From NCBI GenBank assembly GCA_963703285.1, contig OY969807.1, positions 1,312,001 to 1,376,000 of the forward strand: 64,000 nt of DNA, written 5' to 3'. Shown here one piece after another: positions 57,318 to 64,000 of the stretch; the stretch's first letter is position 1, and the number at the start of each line of letters is the position of its first letter. The position numbers were made by a program, and so were the translations under genes. The notes beneath the pieces are model-generated. The model was not told where the DNA came from. It made no database searches and saw only the letters and a program-made list of their open reading frames with translations. The DNA is from an uncultured Nitrososphaerota archaeon. GTDB taxonomy: Archaea > Thermoproteota > Nitrososphaeria > Nitrososphaerales > Gagatemarchaeaceae.

Positions 57318-58823
57318 TTGCATCCTAACAAGTTGATAATCATCGGACTGGACGCGGCGGACTACCAGCTGACGGGGGACTTCATGCAGAATGGAGACAT
57401 GCCCAGGCTCTCCTCGATCAGGGACAGGGGCTCGTTCTCCCGCCTGAGGTCGGGCATCCCTCCGCAGACGGCCCCTGCGTGGACATCGATCACAACCGGC
57501 GTCAACCCGGGCAAACACGGGATATACTACTTCTACGACTTCTCGACTACGCCCCTCACCATAACCAACGCGACGTATTCGACGACACCCCGGATCTGGG
57601 ACTACGTCCAGGCCGTGAACGGGAGGTCGGTGGTGGTAAACGTACCGCTCACCTATCCGGCGCATCCGGTCTCGGGGTTCATGGTCTCCGGGATACCCCC
57701 TTGGTACTTCGACGAGAGGTCGGTCTACCCCACGGGCCTCATGGACAGGCTGAGGAGCTCCGGCTACGAGATAGACGCTCCTATGAGCCGTGGCCTCGAG
57801 AGGCATCCGGACGAGCTTGTGAGCCGGCTTGTGGCGACCGAGGCGAGGAGGGTGGACCTGTTCCTGGACCTACTCAAGGAGGGCGAGTGGTCGTTCGGCA
57901 TGGTCGTCCTCACGGCCCTCGACCGGCTTCAGCACAAGGTGCTCGGCAAGGGGGAGAAGGAGAACGCGGCCGTGAGACGCGGCTACAGCGAGGTCGACGG
58001 GTTGGTCGGACGCATCGTGGACTCCGTCGGCGGGGCGGTCAACCTCCTCGTGCTCTCCGACCACGGCTTCAACCGGCGGCCGGTCGCATTCTATCCCAAC
58101 TCCTGGCTGTACGGCGAGGGTCTGCTCAAGAGGAAGTCCTCCGCCCGGTACCGGCTCACGATGAAGGCACACGACGTCCTGGACGGGCACCTTCTCTGGC
58201 TGCCCCAGAGCCTCACAAAGAGGTTCCAGGGCGCGACGACGGTCATACATACCATCGACGCGGTCGACCTGGGGGCATCGCGAGCGTTCGTCCCGGGGAC
58301 GGATGGGGTCATGGTCGTCAGGTCGAAGGAGGACGAGAGCAGAATCATCTCCGGCCTCTCCCAGCTGAAGGACGACTCGGGAGAGGAGATCTGCAGGGTC
58401 TACACCCGGGATCAGGTGTACAAGGGCGAGAGGCTCGCATCTGCCCCGCAGCTCCTGATCGTCCCCCGCGACGACGTCAACATAAGGACCGACCCGTTCA
58501 GCCGCAGCGTGACATCGAGGTCCGGGAACTTTCCGAGGGGCAACCACGGATCGAACGGGATAATCCTCGCGGCGGGGCCCGACATCGCGAAGTCGGAGGG
58601 CGGCGACCCGTGCCTAGAGGACGTGGCGCCCACGTCACTGGCTCTCTTGGGCATAAGCGCCCCGGACTCGATGGACGGGCACGCCATCAAGGGAATCCTC
58701 ACCGCGGACGACAACCGCCCACTGGAGGCGGCCGACGTCGTGAGGGACCCCGGAAGTTACGCTTTTTCCAAGGAGGACGAGAAACTAGTCATTGACAACC
58801 TCCAGCGACTCGGCTACACGTGA
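57318..58823 (+). CDS. Alkaline phosphatase superfamily (type I phosphodiesterase/NPP-like) protein
   Basis: IIGLDAA, PPQTAPAWTSITTGVNPGKHG, LSDHGF, C-terminal NLQRLGYT. Confidence 0.88.
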   Translation: MHPNKLIIIGLDAADYQLTGDFMQNGDMPRLSSIRDRGSFSRLRSGIPPQTAPAWTSITTGVNPGKHGIYYFYDFSTTPLTITNATYSTTPRIWDYVQAVNGRSVVVNVPLTYPAHPVSGFMVSGIPPWYFDERSVYPTGLMDRLRSSGYEIDAPMSRGLERHPDELVSRLVATEARRVDLFLDLLKEGEWSFGMVVLTALDRLQHKVLGKGEKENAAVRRGYSEVDGLVGRIVDSVGGAVNLLVLSDHGFNRRPVAFYPNSWLYGEGLLKRKSSARYRLTMKAHDVLDGHLLWLPQSLTKRFQGATTVIHTIDAVDLGASRAFVPGTDGVMVVRSKEDESRIISGLSQLKDDSGEEICRVYTRDQVYKGERLASAPQLLIVPRDDVNIRTDPFSRSVTSRSGNFPRGNHGSNGIILAAGPDIAKSEGGDPCLEDVAPTSLALLGISAPDSMDGHAIKGILTADDNRPLEAADVVRDPGSYAFSKEDEKLVIDNLQRLGYT

Positions 58824-60450
58824 CGCGCTCTCGGCGGGGACGTCCCCCGGGCCCGAAGCGTTCCCGTCCGGGCTACCGATAGGCAGGACGGCGCAGGTCG
58901 CCCCGGCTGTGGGCTCGACCGCGCTCGGTGTGGGCGACCCGACGGCCTCGGCGAGGGCGAAACACATCGCGTCCGGCATCAGGTCGCTCACGATCCAGAA
59001 CTTGGTCAACAGCGTCCTCGGGTTCGTCTTCCTTACGACGCTGCTCCGACTCCTGTCACCCTCGGACTACGGTCTCTTCACTTCGGTCCTGCTCGTGACG
59101 ACCATCGGGTCGTCGATCGCCTTCTTCGGCCTCCAGTCAGCCGCGACGAGGTTCGTCTCGTTCATGTCGCGCAACGAAGAGGAGGCCAGGGTCGTCTCGA
59201 GGACGATAGTTGTCCTCTCGCTCGTCTTCACCTCCGCCGCCACCGTGGTCTTCGTCCTGCTCTCGCCGATGATCGCCCTTTACTTCACGAAGAGCACGGG
59301 CTCCGCCTGGGTCTTCGCGGCGTCGGGCGTCTGGCTCTTCTCCAGCACTATCTCGGGCATACTCCAGGGCCTCGTACAGGGCATGAGGAAGTACAACTCC
59401 CTCGCGAGGATTCTCATCGGCTCCAACCTGGTGATGGTCGTCCTCACGGTGGTGGGGCTGATGGAGTTCCACAGCGTGCTCGTCCCCATCGCTGCTTCCG
59501 TCGCGTACGGTGTCTTGATAATCGTCTGGTCCCTCTCCATCACTCGCAGACCCCTCCTTGCCGCGGAGACCTCCGGAATGGGGAGGCGGACGCTCAAGCA
59601 GGTCCTCCGATACTCGATTCCGCTCGGGATCGCAGGGATCCTGACGGTCGTCACCGGCGCCGGTGACCCGCTGGTCGTCGGCGGCTTCCTGAGCGAAACG
59701 CAGCTCGGCGCGTACTTCGCGGCCATCGCCATCTCGGGCGGCCTCGGCGTGCTTCTCTTCACCCCGCTCAACACCGCCTTCTTCCCCGAGACCTCGTCGA
59801 GCGCGAACGACCCCAAGAAGCTCTCCGCCGGCCTGAGGCTCGCCTTCAGGTACACCGTGCTCGCCATGATCCCCGTCTCCTTCGCGCTAGCCGCCCTCTC
59901 CAGGCAGATGATCAGCCTCTTCTCCGGCGGCGCGTCCTCCTACCTCACGGCCGACCTGTCGCTCAAGCTGATGTCGGTGTTCTTCCTCTTCGTGGCGATG
60001 CAGGGGATACTCACATCGCTGCTGCTCTCGACCGGGAAGACCACCCAGGTGATGATGATAGGGGTCGTCACCGTAGCGCTCGACCTCGCGCTGTCCCTGT
60101 TCCTGGTCCCCAGCTTCGGGCTGCTGGGTGCCGCCACGAGCAGAATCCTCGTCGACATCGCTGGGTTCATGATGGCGCTCTACCTGACGAAGAGCTACCT
60201 GTCCGCCGTCCCCGACGTGGGTTTCCAGGCCAAGGTCCTCGCGTCCTCGTTCATCATGCTCGTCGCGCTCTCCTGCTTGTCCGTGTTCCTGTCGCACAGG
60301 ACGATGACGCTGCTCCCGTACTCCATCGTCGGCGGCGCCATCTTCCTGCTCTGCGCGCGCGGGATGCACCTGTTCACCGAAGAGGACAGGCGATACATTG
60401 AGAACTTCATGCCGCGGAGCATGAGCAGGCTGGTCCGCGTCCTGCTCTAG
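58792..60450 (+). CDS. Polysaccharide flippase (Wzx/MOP family); true start probably downstream
   Basis: RLLSPSDYG, YSIPL, LGAY, FGLLGAA; many TM helices. Confidence 0.85.
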   Translation: MTTSSDSATRDALSAGTSPGPEAFPSGLPIGRTAQVAPAVGSTALGVGDPTASARAKHIASGIRSLTIQNLVNSVLGFVFLTTLLRLLSPSDYGLFTSVLLVTTIGSSIAFFGLQSAATRFVSFMSRNEEEARVVSRTIVVLSLVFTSAATVVFVLLSPMIALYFTKSTGSAWVFAASGVWLFSSTISGILQGLVQGMRKYNSLARILIGSNLVMVVLTVVGLMEFHSVLVPIAASVAYGVLIIVWSLSITRRPLLAAETSGMGRRTLKQVLRYSIPLGIAGILTVVTGAGDPLVVGGFLSETQLGAYFAAIAISGGLGVLLFTPLNTAFFPETSSSANDPKKLSAGLRLAFRYTVLAMIPVSFALAALSRQMISLFSGGASSYLTADLSLKLMSVFFLFVAMQGILTSLLLSTGKTTQVMMIGVVTVALDLALSLFLVPSFGLLGAATSRILVDIAGFMMALYLTKSYLSAVPDVGFQAKVLASSFIMLVALSCLSVFLSHRTMTLLPYSIVGGAIFLLCARGMHLFTEEDRRYIENFMPRSMSRLVRVLL

Positions 60451-60472
60451 GCAGCGGGTCTCGCCGCGCGAG

Positions 60473-61367
60473 TCAGAGCTCCATGATGATGGGAGGCTCG
60501 CGCGCGCCCTCGGCCGGCGCGTGTGAGCGCGGCTTGTAGAAGAACCTGTAGAGGAGGGCCAAGTCGATGGCGATGACGAGGATCCAGAGAAGGTAGCCGA
60601 AGTTCAGCAGCCCGAAGAGGCTCCCGAGGACGACGGCCAGGCCATACCCCACGATCCAGGAGTCGAACGACATGCAGATTCTGCGGAATGTCTCGACCTG
60701 CATGTGCCTGATCACGAATATCCCGAGCGGAATCCCGAGGACGACCGGCGGCGCAACGTAGGTAAACAGCTGGAGGGACGTCGCCGTGAAGAGGCCGAGC
60801 GAGTAGTAGGTGAGGCAGGTGAGGTACGACTCGGCGATGCGGACCTGCGCGATCGCAGCCTTGAATTCGGACTTCGCCATCCCCTGGTTGTTCCAGAAGA
60901 GGGCGATAGGGGGGCCCGATATCGTGGTGATCGAGTAGAGGAGTCCGATCCCGAGCCCGAGGGGGGCGCCCGCCCTGGCCTCCGACTTTATCGGGTGCCT
61001 GAAACCGGCGGCCTGCAGGAGGATCAGGGGCAGAATCGCCACTTAGACTATAAGCCGTACCCAGAGCGGGGCTATCGACGTCAGCAGGTAGCTCCCGACT
61101 AGGACTCCCGGGACGAGGGCGGCGATGACCGGCAGGGCGCGCTTGAAGGTCTTCTTGATGTTGGACTTGCCTGCGAACCCGAGCATGACCGTGTTCATGC
61201 ATGCCTCGGTCGCGACGTAGACGGGGTTTGATGATCTTGTTGACGACCACCAGGATGGCGAGCGGCGTTGACATGCTAGAGTACCCGTAGCCGAGGCTGC
61301 CGTTGACGAAGGAGGCCCCGAGCGAGAGCAGCGTGAGGAAGACAAGGACGTCGACGCTCAGGAGCAA
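60473..61367 (-). pseudogene. TauE/SafE sulfite-exporter family gene with a frameshift (about 61228) and in-frame TAA (61043)
   Basis: GASFVNGSLGYGYSS, ISGPPIAL TauE motifs spread over the broken frames. Confidence 0.75.
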
Positions 61368-61430
61368 TTTCCGCCGAGTGCCCAGACCGGTTATAATCAT
61401 ATATAATTGTACTGAGGAGCCACGCCCGCT

Positions 61431-61649
61431 TTGGGCAAGTACACCACGGTATCGATACCGACGACCCTTCACGAGAGGATAGAGAAGATGATCTCCCAGA
61501 AACCCGGATTCAAGTCTGTCTCGGACTACGTGACGTACGTCCTGCGGGAGATAGTCGCGATGCACGAGACGGAGGAGATCCCGGACCCATTCTCGAGCAG
61601 GGACGTCGAATCCATCAAGGAACGGCTGAAGGCGCTCGGGTACATCTAG
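61431..61649 (+). CDS. RHH (CopG-like) regulator with C-terminal ERLKALGYI tail
   Basis: YTTVSIP..L.ERI...GFKSVSDYVTYVLRE. Confidence 0.88.
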   Translation: MGKYTTVSIPTTLHERIEKMISQKPGFKSVSDYVTYVLREIVAMHETEEIPDPFSSRDVESIKERLKALGYI

Positions 61650-61653
61650 GTGA

Positions 61654-62805
61654 TTGGGGATCATCGCAACGCCTCACGGAGGGGCCCTGGTCCAGGTGTC
61701 GAGGCTGGAGCCCACGCCCGAGCTACTGAGAGAGCGAGAAGGACAGGCCAGGGTCAGGGTCTCCCCCGAGGAGGGGACCACCATCAGCAACATAGCCAAC
61801 GGGACGCTCAGCCCCCTGCAGGGCTTCATGGGCCAGGAGGACTACCTGAGCGTCCTCAACGACATGCGCCTCGCCAGCGACCTGCCCTGGACGATACCGG
61901 TCGTCCTGAGGGCTCCGCCGGGACTTGCGGCCTCTCCGGGCGACGAGCTCGTGCTCGCCGGGGAGGGCGACAGACCGCTGGGCGTCATGGACTTCGAGGA
62001 GGAGTTCGCGATCGATAGGAAGGAGCACGCGGTCAGGGTCTACGGCACCGAGGACCCCTCCCACCCTGGGGTTGCGAGCCTCTACTCCCTCTCCGAGAGG
62101 GCCGTGGCGGGCAGGCTGAAGGCGGTCTTCGACTGGAAGGACAACTCGTTCAGGGAGCTGACGCTCGAGCCGAAGGAGACGAGGATTCTGTTCAGGGAGA
62201 GGGGCTGGAGGGACGTGATCGCGTTCCAGACCCGGAACGCGCCGCACATCGGCCACGAATACGTCCAGAAGACAGGGCTGGCCTTCGCTGATGGGCTCTT
62301 CGTGAACCCCGTGCTCGGTAAGAAGAAGCCTGGCGACTTCCGGGACGAGGTGATCGTCGCCTCCTACAAGGCGCTGATGCAGAACTACTATCCGCGGAAC
62401 TCGGCCGTCCTGAGCGTGCTCCACTACGAGATGCAGTACGCCGGCCCCAGGGAGGCCATCCTCCACGCCATAATGCGGAAGAACTTCGGTTGCAATCTCA
62501 TCGCCATAGGGCGGGACCACGCCGGCGTGGGAAGCTTCTACGCCCCCTACGCGGCGCAGGAGATATTCAAGGAGTTCCCGGACCTGGGCATCAAGCCCGT
62601 CTTCCTGCGGGAGTTCTACTACTGCCGGCGATGCGAGGGCATAGCGAACGAGAGGATATGCCCGCACGGGGAGTCGGACAAGCTGACGTTCTCAGGGACG
62701 GAGCTCAGGAAGATGTTCCTGGCGGGACGGGTGCCCCCGAAGGAGTTCATGCGACCAGAGGTCTCTGAGGCCATCCTCAGGTCTGACCATCCCTTCGTGG
62801 AGTGA
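61654..62805 (+). CDS. sat: Sulfate adenylyltransferase
   Basis: PHGG, SPLQGFM, AFQTRNAPHIGHE, AGPREAILHA, GRDHAG, FMRPEV. Confidence 0.96.
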   Translation: MGIIATPHGGALVQVSRLEPTPELLREREGQARVRVSPEEGTTISNIANGTLSPLQGFMGQEDYLSVLNDMRLASDLPWTIPVVLRAPPGLAASPGDELVLAGEGDRPLGVMDFEEEFAIDRKEHAVRVYGTEDPSHPGVASLYSLSERAVAGRLKAVFDWKDNSFRELTLEPKETRILFRERGWRDVIAFQTRNAPHIGHEYVQKTGLAFADGLFVNPVLGKKKPGDFRDEVIVASYKALMQNYYPRNSAVLSVLHYEMQYAGPREAILHAIMRKNFGCNLIAIGRDHAGVGSFYAPYAAQEIFKEFPDLGIKPVFLREFYYCRRCEGIANERICPHGESDKLTFSGTELRKMFLAGRVPPKEFMRPEVSEAILRSDHPFVE

Positions 62806-62815
62806 TGTAGTTACC

Positions 62816-64000
62816 ATGGCAGGCAAGCGCGTCGCCGTGATCGGCCTCGACTCGGTCCCGCCCGAGCTGCTCTTCGACAAGCTGCTGGACAAGCTCCCCA
62901 CGGTGAGGCGCATGCACGCCCGTGGGATGCACGCGGTCCTGGAGAGCTGCGACCCTCCCATCACCGTACCCGCGTGGATGGTGATGATGACGGGCAGGAG
63001 CCCCGGGTCGCTGGGAGTATATGGGTTCAGGCACCGCAGGGGGGGCTCGTACTCTGACGGGTACATCGTGAGCTCGAACGACATCAGGGCGGAGACGGTC
63101 TGGGAGGTCCTCGGCGGGTCCGGGAGACGGTCAATCGTGGTGGGCGTGCCCCCCGGATATCCCCCGAAGAGGACCGCCAACGTCAGCTCGGTCTCGTGCC
63201 TCCTCACGCCGGGGATCGAGAAGGGGTTCACCCAGCCCCCGGAGCTGAGGGAGGAGGTCCTGAAGGCGAGCGGTGGAGGGTACAAGTTCGACGTGACCTT
63301 CCGGACGGAGGACCGGGACCGTCTCAGGAGCGAGCTCTTCGAGATGACCGAGAGGAGGTTCGACGTCGCCGAGCACCTTGCGCGCAGCAAGCCCTGGGAC
63401 TTCTTCATGTTGCACGAGATAGGATTCGACAGGCTCCACCACGCCTTCTGGAAGTACTTCGACCCCGGGCATCCGAAGTTCACGGAGGGCAACCCCTACA
63501 GACGGGTCGACGAGGAATACTACAGGATGGTGGATTCGCGGATTGGGAAGCTGCTCGAGGTATTCGGGGATGACTGTGTCACGTTCGTCCTCTCGGACCA
63601 CGGGTCGATGAGGATGCGGGGCGCCTTCTGCGTCAACCAGTGGCTCGAGGGGGAGGGGTATCTCGTCTTCAGGGAGAGGCCGTCCAAGGTCGTGGACCTC
63701 GACAAGGCACAGGTCGACTGGAGCCGGACCAGGGCGTGGGCCTGGGGCGGCTACTACGCCAGGATATTCTTCAACGTGAGGGGGAGGGAAGCCAACGGCA
63801 TCGTCGACCCGGTGGACCTCCCGAGAGAGAAGAGCGCCCTGAGCGATAGGATCCGCTCCATCCGGGGCGACCGCGGTCAGCCCCTGAATAACGTCGTCTT
63901 GGAGCCGGACGTGACCTACGGGCGGGCCCTGGGGGACAAACCCGACCTGATGGTCTACTTCGACGAGCTGAACTGGAGGTCCGCCGGGACGGTGGGCCAT
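62816..64000 (+). CDS. Second alkaline phosphatase superfamily protein (runs off the window)
   Basis: MAGKRVAVIGLDSVPP, PPITVPAW..MMTG..PG.LGVYGFRHR, DRLHH, LSDHG, WGGYYARIF. Confidence 0.88.
   Translation, partial: MAGKRVAVIGLDSVPPELLFDKLLDKLPTVRRMHARGMHAVLESCDPPITVPAWMVMMTGRSPGSLGVYGFRHRRGGSYSDGYIVSSNDIRAETVWEVLGGSGRRSIVVGVPPGYPPKRTANVSSVSCLLTPGIEKGFTQPPELREEVLKASGGGYKFDVTFRTEDRDRLRSELFEMTERRFDVAEHLARSKPWDFFMLHEIGFDRLHHAFWKYFDPGHPKFTEGNPYRRVDEEYYRMVDSRIGKLLEVFGDDCVTFVLSDHGSMRMRGAFCVNQWLEGEGYLVFRERPSKVVDLDKAQVDWSRTRAWAWGGYYARIFFNVRGREANGIVDPVDLPREKSALSDRIRSIRGDRGQPLNNVVLEPDVTYGRALGDKPDLMVYFDELNWRSAGTVGH

Overview
GC-rich archaeal chromosome segment. Gene content and synteny suggest a non-ammonia-oxidising Nitrososphaerota/TACK lineage (inference). 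Housekeeping genes: ttuA, S2P protease, pelota, dnaG, trpS-pheS-pheT, coaD, map, trm112, class II RNR, a complete A/V-ATPase operon (K-E-C-F-A-B-D-orf-H-I), NAC, MBF1, Trm56, TFE. RNA genes: SRP RNA, a stand-alone 5S rRNA and four tRNAs. All four tRNAs are intron-split, three at non-canonical sites, including an initiator tRNA interrupted in its acceptor stem. Accessory DNA: an intact IS481; a 2.8-kb IS6-family element with perfect IRs/TSD carrying four passenger genes; an integrase-less 4.1-kb island at tRNA-Trp with four paralogous small membrane proteins; a 323-bp insertion at the pheS/pheT junction; an OsmC/MetE-like cassette; and a sat / alkaline-phosphatase-superfamily / flippase cluster. 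Best candidates for new biology: an apparently inactive wHTH-ATP-cone-NrdD fusion directly upstream of nrdJ, the acceptor-stem intron, the IS6 cargo, the small-protein family island, a shared LxxLGY C-terminal tail in the sat cluster, and a phased palindrome array next to tRNA-iMet. Several single-base frameshifts suggest assembly errors. All calls are by eye; no database searches were run.
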